Source: Rebecca billardiae RCC1528
Lineage: Eukaryota > Protista > Haptophyta
DNA: 64,000 bases
Direction of reading: 5' to 3'
Assembly: GCA_965240325.2 (NCBI GenBank)
Contig: OZ251248.1
Coordinates: 248,001-312,000 of the forward strand
Shown here in pieces: positions 48,856 to 60,174 of this stretch. The stretch's first letter is position 1. Each line of letters begins with the position of its first letter. The notes beneath the pieces were generated by a model that searched no databases, was not told where the DNA came from, and saw only the letters and a program-made list of their open reading frames with translations. The position numbers and the translations under genes are program-made.

Positions 48856-48907
48856 TGTGCCCTGGCGGGCGGGGGCCGGGTCGGCGGGCCGTGCCAGTGC
48901 TGTCGCA
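48856..48907 (-). repeat. Isolated 3' terminus of the Helitron2-like family
   Basis: CTGTGCCCTGGCGGGCGGGGGCCGGGTCGGCGGGCCGTGCCAGTGCTGTCGCAA matches the family 3' end. Confidence 0.7.
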
Positions 48908-49523
48908 AAGTCAAGTAGCTAGTGTTTTAGGCCTCCGATGCGGGCTCCGGCGTCGATCTCAGCTTTCCACATTGATGATTATTCAAGCTCGTGGCGCGCC
49001 GTGGCCCGTGGGAGACGGACGGTCGGGCCATCAGTGGCATCTGCTGCTGATGATTCCGATCCTGACTCCTGCATGAGTAGAGTTCGATCGGACGACTTGA
49101 TGTAGTAATCGAATAATATATTCGATGTTAAGTCGGAATATATATATTTATTACGTTACGTCACTTACGTATATAGCGCCCGTATCTGAGTCAGACTCAA
49201 TGGTTCGGCCCGTTGTCACTTAGTCAGCGGGGCCCCGGTTCGACCGGTTCGGTGATCGGTCAGCAGCAAACTAACTGCGCCGTTGCTCAGCAACAACTAA
49301 ATTAGTTCAACTATGCTGCTGTGATACTATTACTGGCTCGTCACCGCTCGTCAGGCCCTTACCCGCCTGGCCATCACCACGGGTCGTACACGCGACGGCG
49401 TCGATACGACGCTGGCTGTGACCAGCGGCGGCAGCTGCGCTCGCGGCTGCGGCGCTGCCACAACGTCATCAGAGGCGACGGTGGCTGTGCTGCTGGTGCG
49501 CTTCCGCTGTCGCTTGGCGGCGC

Positions 49524-50486
49524 TCACTTCTTTCGGTTGCTCGTCATGTCTTGCTCCAGCCCGCGCTTGTGCGCACCACGGCTGCGAAGGCTCTTCATGC
49601 CGGCCATCTTGTGCGTAGCGCACCGGCTGGCGCGCGCATCGTCCGGCATGCCGAACGAAGGCCACTTGGTGCAGCCCGCATGATCACACTTGCGGGTCAC
49701 CACGTCGACCATGCCGGCCAGCTTGTGCGTAGCGCACCTGCTGGCGCGCGCGTCGCCCGGCATGCCGAACGAAGGCCACTTGGTGCAGCCGGAGTGATCG
49801 CACTTGGGGTGCTTCACGTCGACCATGCCGGCCAGCTTGTGCACAGCGCACCGGCTAGCGCCCGCGTCGCCCGGCATGCCGAACGAAGGCACCTTGGTGC
49901 AGCCGGTGTGATCACACTTGCGGTTCTTCAGGTCGACCATGCCGGCCAGCTTGTGCACAGCGCACCGGCTAGCGACCGCGTCGCCCGGCATGCCGAACGA
50001 AGGCACCTTGGTGCAGCCGGTGTGATCACACTTGCGGTTCTTCAGGTCGACCATGCCGGCCAGCTTGTGCGTAGCGCACCGGCTGGCGCACGCGTCGCCC
50101 GGCATGCCGAACGAAGGCACCTTGGTGCAGCCTGTGTGATCACACCTGCGGTTCACCACGTCGACCATGCCGGCCAGCTTGTGCGTAGCGCACCAGCTGG
50201 CGCGCGCGGCGCCCGGCATGCCAAACGAAGGCACCTTGGTGCAGCCTGTGTGATCACACTTGGGGTGCTTCAGGTCGACCATGCCAACCAGCTTGTGCGT
50301 AGCGCACCGGCTGGCGCGCGCGTCGCCCGGCATGCCGAACGAAGGCCGCTTGGTGCAGCCGGTGTGATCACACGTGCGGCTCTTCAGGTCGACCATGCCG
50401 GCCAGCTTGTGCGTAGCGCACCGGCTGGCGCGCGCGTCACCCGACGGGCAGGCACGCCGTGTCGTCGCGTCCGTCCGGTGCGGCAA
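49524..50486 (-). CDS. EsV-1-7-like cysteine-rich repeat protein (7.5 x 38 aa); start uncertain
   Basis: Repeats of CDHTGCTKxPSFGMPGDAxASRCATHKLAGMVD (C-x4-C-x16-C-x2-H) with a 114-bp DNA period. The ORF opens on a non-ATG codon. Confidence 0.8.
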   Translation of the reverse strand: MPHRTDATTRRACPSGDARASRCATHKLAGMVDLKSRTCDHTGCTKRPSFGMPGDARASRCATHKLVGMVDLKHPKCDHTGCTKVPSFGMPGAARASWCATHKLAGMVDVVNRRCDHTGCTKVPSFGMPGDACASRCATHKLAGMVDLKNRKCDHTGCTKVPSFGMPGDAVASRCAVHKLAGMVDLKNRKCDHTGCTKVPSFGMPGDAGASRCAVHKLAGMVDVKHPKCDHSGCTKWPSFGMPGDARASRCATHKLAGMVDVVTRKCDHAGCTKWPSFGMPDDARASRCATHKMAGMKSLRSRGAHKRGLEQDMTSNRKK

Positions 50487-50610
50487 CCCTCGCTCGGGCG
50501 GCGCGCGAGCTCAGAATTGAGACGAATTCCTGGGTTGGGCTTCTCCCCCCAACGCCTCGCGCTACACGGCATACAGCCGCGCTGCCTCCTGCGCCCACGC
50601 GTCGGGCAGC

Positions 50611-52335
50611 ATGAGCAGCGGCGGGGACGGCCTCCTGCTCTTCGCGCTGGTGCTCGCCGCGCCCGCGGCGATCATCGGCATCGCCACGCACCTCATCACA
50701 GGCCGCGTGCTGTGCTGCGCGTGGCTCGCACGAATCACGGTCGTTCTGATCGAGCTGAGCGTGCCGCTCGTGTTCGCGGCGACGCCGGGCGCGCGATGGT
50801 TCTGCTTCGCCGAGGACGCGGCGCAGCTGCACACGCTCTGCGTGCTCGCCGCATCGGTGCTCTTCCTCGTCTTCTGGTGCGCACACCTCGAGCACGGCGC
50901 GCGCGCGTTCTATACGCACGCGCGCGCGCTTGACGCCGGCGGTGTCGGGCTCGTGGTCGAGGCGTTCGCCGTGGGCGCGTGCCTGAGCCTGATGGCGCTC
51001 GCGCCGGCGGCGTCGACGCTGACGGGCCTCCTGCGCCCGATCTTCGACGTCGAAGGCGGCCTCGACCCCTTCTGGCCGGCCGTGGCCGTACTGGCGTTAC
51101 TCCTCATTCCCGGAACCTTCCTGGAACTGGTGTGCCTCAGCCGCTACCTACACGAGCGCTCGCGGCGCGGGCTGGGCGGCGGCGGCGCGGCGGACCGGCT
51201 CGTCGCGGGCGCGTGCTCGCTCGGCCACGGCCTCGCGCTGGTGCTGCTCTTCAACTGGCTGAGCGCGCACCGGTGCCCGCCCGTGCACACGGCGGGCGGC
51301 GCGCGGCTCGTCATGCCCTGCCGATCGGCGGGCAGCAGCCTCGGGCTGCCGCTGCTGCTGCTGCCGCTGCACTTCTACAGCGGCGTGTGCGCGCGCAACG
51401 CGCTGCCCGCCGCGCACGCGGCCGGAGGCACGCAGGACCAGCCGCAGGCGTGCCCGCGCTCATGGTCGCAGCTCAGCGCGCCCGCGACGATGCGCGTGCC
51501 CATCAGCGCCCGGCTCAACCTGCTGGGGGCGGGTACGGCGGGCCAGGTGCTGCAGGAGGCGTCCGGCTGGCTGCCGATGTGGCTCGTGTTGTGCGCCGCC
51601 CTCGGTGCGTGCACCTGGCGCGCGCGCGCGCTCGCGGGGCGCGTGGACGCCGGCGTGCGCCGCGAGCTCCCGCTGTGGTCGACGGCGCTGCCGCCGCCGC
51701 CTTCGTATGAACTGACCATCCAACAGTCGGGCTCCGTGCGCGGCGGGCCCGCGCCTTCACCGCATGCGCCGGCGGCCGCGGCCGCGGAGGCCGCGCCCGG
51801 CCGGCGCCCGTCCCCGCCGGCGGTGGAGCTGCAGCCCACCGGCTCATTGGCGCCGCCGCCGCCGGCTCCTCGCACCGCCGCAGCCATCGCGACAGTCACC
51901 CTGGCGCCTGCACCGCTGGGCCAGCCCGGCAGCGCGACACAGGGCGCGGTCGCGAGCAGCGGTGGCGGCAGCAGCAGCTCTTGCGCCGCGCACGCGGCGA
52001 CGACGCCACACGTGGAGCCTGCGGCCGCGCCACCGCCGGCGTGGCGGCCCGGCTGCAGTCGCTCGACGCGAGCAGGCCAGCCAGACCCGGCTGCTGCGCC
52101 GCCGCGCTCACCGCACGCTTCGGGCGGCGCCGAGAGTGTCCCGGCGCCGTCGCCGCCGCCCGAGCGCCGCTTGGCAGCTGCAGACGCGGAGCCATACCCG
52201 CGGCGGCGCGGTGGGTTTGTGCGCCTCCTGCTTCCGTCCGAGGACGGCGCGGATGCCGGCGGTGGTGGTGACCCATGGCTTGATGCCATGGCGGCGCCAG
52301 CAGCGGCGGCGTCGGACTCGGAGGGCCGCTTCTAG
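50611..52335 (+). CDS. Hypothetical multi-pass membrane protein with Pro/Ala-rich tail
   Basis: 574-aa ORF with strong coding bias and about 7-8 hydrophobic segments. Confidence 0.65.
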   Translation: MSSGGDGLLLFALVLAAPAAIIGIATHLITGRVLCCAWLARITVVLIELSVPLVFAATPGARWFCFAEDAAQLHTLCVLAASVLFLVFWCAHLEHGARAFYTHARALDAGGVGLVVEAFAVGACLSLMALAPAASTLTGLLRPIFDVEGGLDPFWPAVAVLALLLIPGTFLELVCLSRYLHERSRRGLGGGGAADRLVAGACSLGHGLALVLLFNWLSAHRCPPVHTAGGARLVMPCRSAGSSLGLPLLLLPLHFYSGVCARNALPAAHAAGGTQDQPQACPRSWSQLSAPATMRVPISARLNLLGAGTAGQVLQEASGWLPMWLVLCAALGACTWRARALAGRVDAGVRRELPLWSTALPPPPSYELTIQQSGSVRGGPAPSPHAPAAAAAEAAPGRRPSPPAVELQPTGSLAPPPPAPRTAAAIATVTLAPAPLGQPGSATQGAVASSGGGSSSSCAAHAATTPHVEPAAAPPPAWRPGCSRSTRAGQPDPAAAPPRSPHASGGAESVPAPSPPPERRLAAADAEPYPRRRGGFVRLLLPSEDGADAGGGGDPWLDAMAAPAAAASDSEGRF

Positions 52336-52682
52336 TGTGACAGCGTGTTCGCCAACTCGGGCCGTTCGTCACCCGCGGAGCACGCGCGGCTGACCTCGTC
52401 CAACTCCAGGCCCAGGCGGCTTGGCGCCCTACTCTAGTGGCCTAAGGCTCTAACCGGGCCCCGGGCCCGGCGCTATACTCGACGATGTATGATTCGCGGC
52501 GCGGATGACTACTGTGAGTACTGCTGCGGGTCTGATCACTACCGCCTACCAGTACCGGGCGGCGGGCGGCGCCGCGACGGCGCGATGCGGCAGCGCCGGC
52601 AGCCGGGCGACGCGGCACTAAGCGGCGGCAGCACGGCCACGGACACGCGGTTAGTAGCTTGCTCGCCCAGCTCATACATCAG

Positions 52683-53669
52683 TCACCTTGTGACGAATTG
52701 CGCCATGATGTCCGCCTTCGCTCTCGCCGCCTTCGCCGCCGCCTGAGACTGCGCGTCCGCATGATGGATTGCTCCGCCAGTCCCACCCCCACAGGCTCCA
52801 CCGTGACCGGCCGTGTCATCGGCGGCATCAGTGCCAGACAAGTCATTTGGCCAGCCAACCTGCGGGTATGGCTGTGCGTGCTGCCGTGCCGGAGGAAAGG
52901 CGCTGCTCGCCGCCAAAGCGCCGCCCGGGGCTGGCGTGGCTGTCGGCTGAGGCGTTCCGGAGCTCAAGCCTTGCCACGCGGCGTCGGCCATCGCTGGCAG
53001 AGCCGGCGGCATGGAGCATGCCGCCTGCCATGATGCTGGTGGCGCAGGTGGCGCCTCCCAGCCGGGCGTGCTTGACGCCCCACCAAGGTCGAATGAGATC
53101 AGCTCGACCGCTTGCGGCTGCGCACTAGCCGTTGGCTCTCGCTGCCCGCCCGCCGGCCGCGCAGCCTCCGCCGGCTTCGCGCACACGACGAAAAGGCGGT
53201 GTTCGTACTTGTCTCGAATCCAGCGCTCCGCGTCGCGGTCCGGGCTCGTGGCCGTGGGGCGCTCGCGTCCTGCGGGCACGTTCGCCTCGTAGACCGCGGC
53301 GGCGCGCGCATTTCCGTGCGCGCGCATGAAGGTCACCTCGTCCGGCGACCATGCGTCCAACCCGACGCACCGCGTGCGCGTGACGTGCGCGCCGACCGAC
53401 CGATGGATGCCGTAGCAGCGGTTGCAGAGCCAGACGCCGAGCGTGACGGAGCAGAAGGCCGATCTGGGGCGGAGGGCCGCGGAGCAGTCCGCGCACACGC
53501 TGTTCGCCGGCTCGCTCACCAGCTGCACCACCTCGTTCAGCAGCTGCTGCTGCAGCTTGGCGTCTCGCTTGTACGCGTACGGGTCAGCGGCCATCGCGCT
53601 GATCGCAGCCGGAGAGCATGAGTCCGGGCCACCAGGCACAAGGGCGTCCGGTGCGACCGAGGCAGCCAT
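52683..53669 (-). CDS. ArfGAP-domain protein (SMAP/AGD5-like)
   Basis: PANSVCADC..SVTLGVWLCNRCYGIHRSVGAHVTR..LDAW..GNARA..YEA..WIRDKYE, plus a clathrin-box-like LISFD and a C-terminal KADIMAQF. Confidence 0.9.
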   Translation of the reverse strand: MAASVAPDALVPGGPDSCSPAAISAMAADPYAYKRDAKLQQQLLNEVVQLVSEPANSVCADCSAALRPRSAFCSVTLGVWLCNRCYGIHRSVGAHVTRTRCVGLDAWSPDEVTFMRAHGNARAAAVYEANVPAGRERPTATSPDRDAERWIRDKYEHRLFVVCAKPAEAARPAGGQREPTASAQPQAVELISFDLGGASSTPGWEAPPAPPASWQAACSMPPALPAMADAAWQGLSSGTPQPTATPAPGGALAASSAFPPARQHAQPYPQVGWPNDLSGTDAADDTAGHGGACGGGTGGAIHHADAQSQAAAKAARAKADIMAQFVTR

Positions 53670-53761
53670 GTGCACGCACGCGGAGGAAGCTGGGCAGTGG
53701 GCACAACGTCGCGCCGCTTGGGCCCGCGCGTGCTGGTGCTGGGGTCTGGACGCGCGCAACC

Positions 53762-56141
53762 ATGCCGCCGCGCACTCGCCCGGAGCGCACCGTCTTCGCG
53801 GAGGACGTGGTGCAGCTGGTCGCCGCCGGCGGCGGCGCGTACGGCATCGTCAACCGCGTCGGTGGCGACTCGGACGAGTCCGGCTCCGATTCAGAATCCG
53901 ACCCGGGCGCGCGCGTCCCGGAGGGATTCGTGGCCGTGCGCTGGCTCACGCCCGCCGCGCCGGCCGACGGCGAGGAGGAGGACGACGAGGACCAGGTGCT
54001 CCCCGCGTCGCTGCTCAGCGTTGTCGACCGCGCCTTCGTCCACGGCGACGTCGTCGCGCGCGCCGACGACCGCCGCGGCCAGTCGGGCGTGGTGATCGGC
54101 GTCGCGCTCGAGCTCGACCTGCGCTGGCCGCGCGGCGTGACGAGCGTGGTGCGCGAGCGCGTGCCGTCGCAGCTGGTGCACCACCTCAAGCCGTTCAGGC
54201 CGGGCACGTACGCGGTGTACGGCGCGTGGCTCGGCCGCGTCGACGAGTGCCGCGACAACGTCGTCATCGAGTTCAGCGACGGCGCCAAGTGCAAGGTGCT
54301 GCGCGCGTCGCCGGACACGCTGGCGCCCTCGCAGCCCTCGTTCGACGAGGAGTGCCCGTTCTACCCGTCGCTGCGCGTGACGGCGCGCGCGGGCGTGCTG
54401 CGCCGCGCCAAGTGGCTCAGCGGCCGCTTCCGCCGGCAGTACGTCACGCAGGCCGCAACCGTCGTCTCAGTACAGCCAAGCCAGGTGCGTGCGGCCGCGG
54501 CGCGGGCGCGCGCCCTGCGGGGGCGGGGCCCCGTGCGCCCGTGCGCTCGCGTGCGCGCGCGCACGCACCCAGCCGCGCGCGCACGTGGGCCTCACGCGCC
54601 TCACCCGCGCGTGCGCCCGCGGCACCCGCGCGCGCTCGCCGCCCTCGTGTACGCGCAGGTGCTCTTGCGGTGGATTGCGACGCGCCAGGGCGCGGAGCTG
54701 CTGGACGGCCGGACGGAGCGGCCGCCGGACAGCCTGAAGCCCGCGGAGCTGACGCCGCTCGGCGTGTTCGCGCACACGTGGTGGCAGCTGGGCGACCGCG
54801 GGTACTGCGAGCCGCGCGTGCTCGACCGCGCGGTGCAGCTGCCGCTGCCACTCATGCACCCGGTGACCGACGGCGCGCCGGCGGACGGCGCGCCCGCGGC
54901 GGACGCGCCCGCTCGGCCGCGCCCGCGGATGCGGCTGGGCGCGCGCCCGGCGGGCGCGACCGCGTGCGTCGAGGTGACGGGCACGCACACGTGGGTCGAC
55001 GTGCTCTGGCAGGACGGGCGCACGGAGGCTCGTCTCCCGTCTCACGCGCTCGTACCCTCGTACCACCTCGGCGCGTACGACTTTTGGCCTGAGGAGTTCG
55101 TGCAGGAGAAGGCGGACGCGGACGCGGACGCGGACGCGGACATGGACGCGACGGGCGCGGGCGCGGGCGCGGGCGCGGCGGGCGCGGGTGGCGCGGTTGG
55201 CGCGGCTGGCGGCGAGGATGGCGCGGCGCCCGCCGCGGCCGGCGCGCACACGGCAGCGGCACCGGCTGCAGCGAACGCGGCTGCGTCACAGACGGCGGCG
55301 CCGGCGCAGCCTCCGCCGACGAGGCTCGGCGTCGTCAAGTGGGTGAACAACGGCAGCCGCACGCTCGGCGTGCGCTGGCTGCGGCGCACGCGGCCGGGCG
55401 AGCCGCTCGGTGAGCCCGAGGGTGCCGTGGAGGCGCTGGCAGTGTACGATGTACGGGAGCACCCGGACTTTGCGACGCGGGTCGGGGACGTGGTGATCCG
55501 TCTCCCTCCCGCCGCGGGCGGCGGCGGCGGCGGCGCCGGCGCCGCCGCGCACGAGGGCGGCCCCGGCGGCCCACCAACGGCCTCTGCGCACGACGGCGGC
55601 CGCCCCGGTGGCGGCGCGGCGGCAGCGCCCGCGCCCGCGCAGTCCGCCGCCGCGGCCGCGGCGCCCTCCGCCGCCGCCGCCGCGGCCGCGGCGCCGGCCT
55701 CCGCCCCGCTGCCGCCGTGGGTGGGCGAGGTGACGGCCGCGCGCGACGGGCGCGTGCACGTGTGGTGGGCGGACGGCAGCGCGGAGCGCGTGCGGCCCGA
55801 CGAGCTGCTAGTCGTGCACTCGGACGAGGGTGAGGAGGACTCTCTGGCCTCTGAGGATGACGAACTTTCTGATGAGTGGGGCGGCGCGGACGGCAGCGCC
55901 AGCAGCGGCTCGTGGCAGACGGTGGACGACGACGACGACGCGGACGAGCAGGGCGCCGGCGGCGCCGCAGCCGCAGCCGCAGCCGCCGACGCGGCTGTGG
56001 GCGGCGCGGCCGCGCACGGCTCCGCACGCAGGCGGCAGCGCGCGCGCGCGGCCGCGGGCGCGGCCGACGACGATGACGACATCCACTCCGACTCCGGGGA
56101 TCGAGTCGGACTCGGCCGACGCCGACGATGACGACGAAGAG

Positions 56142-56177
<36 letters not shown>

Positions 56178-58210
56178 ATCGTCGACGCCGACGACGGGGC
56201 CCGCGCCGCAGACCGGAGCGCGCTCGCTCTCTCCCTAGTGGAGCTTGCGTTCGCGCCCGCGGCGTCCGGCATGGCGGGCGAGGCGGTGTGGCTGCAGCTG
56301 GCGCAGTTCAGCCGCATGATGGCGGCGGGGAGGGAGGCGTGGGCGGCCGGCGCGCCCGTGCCGAGCGCGGCGCTCGCGGACATGCTCGCGCGCGCGATTG
56401 GCGCGTGGATCGCGCCAGGCGGCCTCGTGCACCAGCTGCGGCTGCAGGCGCAGGCGCACGGCGATGCCGAGCCGGCTGGCGAGGCGCTAGGTGCGTGCGT
56501 CTCTCGGCTGGTCAGCGCGCTGCGCGGCGGGGATCGCGCGGCGCTGCTCGAGGCGTGGGCGTCGGTGGAGGCGGCGTTGGCGCTCGCGGCGCGGGCGCAC
56601 GGCGGCGCGCCTGCCTCCGACGAGCGCACGGCGCGGCCTGCGGACGCGGGCGCCGAGGGCGGCGGCGGCGGCGGCACGGCCGCTGGCGCGCCCGCACCCG
56701 AGCGCGCGCAGACCGTCGCTCCAGCGGGGTCTCCGGCGGCGGCACGGGATGCGGCCGCCGCGCCCGCGGCTGACGGCGAGGGCGCAGCCGCCGCCGCCGC
56801 CGCGCCTGGCGGCAGCGGCGGCGCGCCCTCGAGCGCAGCTGCCGCCGATGGCCCCGCGGCTGCGGCCGCCGCCGCCGCGCCCGCCGCCGCCGCCGCGCCC
56901 GCCGCCGCCGCCGCCGCGCCCGCCGCCGCCGCCGCCGCCGCCCCGTCGGAGGACGCCTCCGCCTCCGGCGCGGACGCCTCCGCCTCCGAGGCCGAGCCGA
57001 TGTACGTGTACGCGGAGTGGGCGCACTTTCAGCTCGTCGAGGCCATCCCGGCGGACCACCACTTCGGCCCGGGCGGCAGCGGCGCGAGCGGCGGCGGGAG
57101 CGTTCCGAGCCTCGGCCGCAGCTTCATGCAGACAGTGCGGCGCGAGTGGGCGCTGCTTCAGAAGTCGCTGCCGCCGGGCATCTACGTGTGCGCGTGCGCG
57201 GCGCGCGCCGACCTGCTCCGCGCCGTCCTCTTCGGGCCGACGGGCACGCCGTACGCCGACACGCCCTTCGTCTTCGACATCGCGCTGCCGCCCGAATATC
57301 CTGCCGCGCCGCCGCAATGCTTCTACCGCGGCCACACGGAGCGGATCCACCCGAATCTGTACGAGAACGGGAAGGTGTGCCTCTCGCTGCTCGGCACGTG
57401 GTCGGGCCGCGGCGTCGAGGCGTGGGACGCGGCGCGCTCCAACGTGCTGCAGCTGCTCGTCTCCCTGCAGGGCCTCGTCCTCGTGCCGCAGCCCTACTTT
57501 AACGAGGCCGGCTACGAGCGCCAGCTGGGGACGGACGAGGGGCTTCGCAACTCTCGGCTGTACAACGAGGGGGCCTTCCTGCTCGCGCAGCGCGTGCACG
57601 CGCCCACGCTGCGCGCGCCCGACGAGCCGTTCGGGCCCCTGCTGCGCGCACACTATGCCAAGACGGGTGCGGCGCACGGCGCGCGCGCGCGAAAGCGCGC
57701 CGTGCGGTGCGCATGTCGCGCGCGCGCGCGCCGCTCGCGCTGACCTGTGCGCCCCGCGTGCCGCGGGCGCGCGCGTGCCTCCTCCCCCCGTGCCCACCGC
57801 AGCCGAGCGGATCGTCCGACGGATCCGCGCGTGTGTCGAGGAGCGCAAGCCGCCAGAGGGAACGCCCACGGTGCGCGCGCGCGCGTCCGACCGACGCGCG
57901 CGCCTCCGTCTGCTGTGTGCAGCGCGCGCGGCGCCGCAGGGCGCCGGCCGCGCACTCAGTCTCACGCGCTCGCGGCTGCCCTGCCCCGCCCCCGCCCTGG
58001 TCCCGCCCCCGCCACCCCTCGGCTCGCCGGATCTGGCCGTGCCAGGACGAAGAGTACGCGCAGTGCTCGGAGGGGCTCTCCAACTCGCTGCGCCGGCTGC
58101 TGCCGCGCGTGGAAGCCGCGCTCGCGCCTTTCCTCCAGCGGGCGCCACCGGCCGGGGGCGATGACAGTGCGGCCACGGCCGCGGGCCAGGCGGCCGACGA
58201 TGATAATTAA
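53762..58210 (+). CDS. UBE2O/UBC23-like E2-E3 hybrid ubiquitin-conjugating enzyme (introns; apparent +1 frameshift near 56096)
   Basis: N-terminal VVDRAFVHGDVV..GQSGVV and VDVLWQDG..DFWPEEFV motifs. UBC domain DLLRAVLFGPTGTPY..HPNLYENGKVCLSLLGTW..QPYFNEAGYE. Introns at ~54485-54658 and two after 57667. Confidence 0.9.
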
Positions 58211-58253
58211 GTGATGATGACGATGATATGATCTGAGGCGTATGTATGCGTCT

Positions 58254-58254
<1 letters not shown>

Positions 58255-58298
<44 letters not shown>
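58255..58298. repeat. (CT)n microsatellite
   Basis: About 21 CT units. Confidence 0.9.
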
Positions 58299-58302
<4 letters not shown>

Positions 58303-58441
58303 ATAGCTAGCTGATTATATTCGATCTGCGCGCTTCAGATCATATATTGACGACAGCGTTTATCGCGTCGAACGCGGACACGGGACAGGCTCCGGCGGAC
58401 AGCTAAGTCTGCTCAGCGCTGGTGCCATCAGTCGTCGGCAG

Positions 58442-59972
58442 TCACGACTGGCGGGCGGGCGCGATGCCAGCAGCAGCCACGAGCACGCCGCCACGCCGCG
58501 TCTTGACCCGCTGGGGGATGCCAACCCAGCGGGTGCTCTCATCTCGCTCGAACGCGCTTAGTTCGAGCCAATCGGCGTCGAGCACACTCACACTCGCGCT
58601 CAGTCTGAGGCCGAGCGCTGCCGAGTACTTGCCGCACGCGAACACGCCGCCGTCCGCAGTCACAAACAGCGAGTGGGAGCGGCCCATGGCACAGCGCAGC
58701 ACGCGGGTGAAAGCGAGAGGAGCCACGCGCAAGAGCAGCTCGGTGTTTTCCTGTCCATTCCCCAGCCCGAGCTGGCCGTTCGAGTTGTTCCAAAACGCGT
58801 GCGCGCTGCCGTCCGCACCCAGCACCGCGGCCGCACTGAAGCCTGAGCCAGCGCACGCACGCACAGCGCGCACACCGTCGAGCGCCTCGATGCGGCGGGG
58901 TGTGTCGCGCTCACGGCCGTCGTGGCCGAGATGGCAATGGTGCCCGTATCCGAACGACCACAAACGCCCCTTCGCGTCCACAACCAGGCTGCGACCAAAG
59001 CCCGCGCTCACGTGCACGGCGAGCACGCCCGCGAGCGCCTCGATGCGCCTCGGCGCGCGCTGGATCCGCCTGTCGCCGTGGCCGAGACGGCCAAAAGAGC
59101 CCTGGCCGCACGCGCAGACGGCACCATGCGCAGAAAGGAGCAGCGTGTGATCCTGCCCTGCAGCCACGCCTCCCACGTGCACGCCGCCCAGCGCCTCGAT
59201 GCGCGTCGGCTCCAACCGCTCCTTTGCATCGCCGTGGCCGAGCTGGCCCCAGCGGTTGTGGCCCCAGCTGTACGCACAGCCAGCAGCGGCGAGCGCGAGG
59301 CTGTGAGTGCCTCCAGCGGCGATTCCCACCACCACGACGCCGACCAGCGCCGCGACCGGCTCGAAATCGCGCCGGGTCTTGTCGTCGCCCATGCCCAGCT
59401 GGCCGTACCCGTTCCTGCCGCAGCCGTACACGGTGCCGGCGTCGCTCAGCACGAGCAGGTGGGACTCGCCTGCAGCCACGGAGCACAAGCGCACCGCACT
59501 GAGCGAGGCGGCGTGTCTCGGCACACACACAAACGGCACGCCCGAGTGGCTGATAGCCGCGTGCGCTCGATAGAACCACCGTCCATCGTCGGCCAAATCC
59601 CCCTCCTCGCCACACGTGTGCAGCCCGCCCTCCGCGTCCACAAACGCGCTGAAGCCGTCGCCGCACGCGACCGGGGATGCGTGCGCGCGAGCGAAGTCGA
59701 GGACGCACTCGCGCACGAGTAGCTCCTCCGTCCACGTGCGCACGCCCGAGGGCAGCGATGCTGGCAGCACGTGCTCGTGCCCGCGTGTGCGCGCGCTCGC
59801 GCAGCGCGTGCTCGACCGGCGAGCACCCGCCGGGCGGCGCGCGGTGGAAGAGGCGCGCGGTGGCGTTCAGGCTAGCGAGGTCGCGCAGCGGCAGGAGCGA
59901 GGTGATGCGGTCGACCACCTCGGGCGGCAGGTCGTCGAGCGTGAGGCGGCGGGCGTGAGTGGTTTTCGTCAT
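58442..59972 (-). CDS. F-box-like + RCC1-repeat protein, paralog of 25219-26676, 1-nt frameshift near 59782
   Basis: LDDLPPEVVDRITSLL..RDLASLNATARLF in one frame; LPASLPSGVRTWTEELL and the RCC1 repeats in another frame. Confidence 0.8.
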
Positions 59973-60174
59973 GCGTTCGTCAACCGTCGTCGTTCACTCG
60001 TTCGCAGCTCGTTGGCCGCTGCTGCTCAGGAACCGAGTCTCGACTCTCGCCGCCAACCCGTGCAGCAGCTCTCGAGCGAGTGGCCGCAGTTGCCCCAAAG
60101 AGCAGCGCGCATCCCGCGGCGCCCCCCCTCGTCGTCGTCGGCGGGCGGTGCCCGCCGCACTCCGTCGCGTCGCG

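Noticed and set aside
49580-50440. CRISPR-like array
   Set aside because: The 114-bp units are contiguous in-frame coding repeats without unique spacers, and there are no cas genes.
38687-58210. Functional cluster of endocytosis and ubiquitin genes
   Set aside because: These are common gene classes interspersed with unrelated genes; no evidence beyond chance adjacency.
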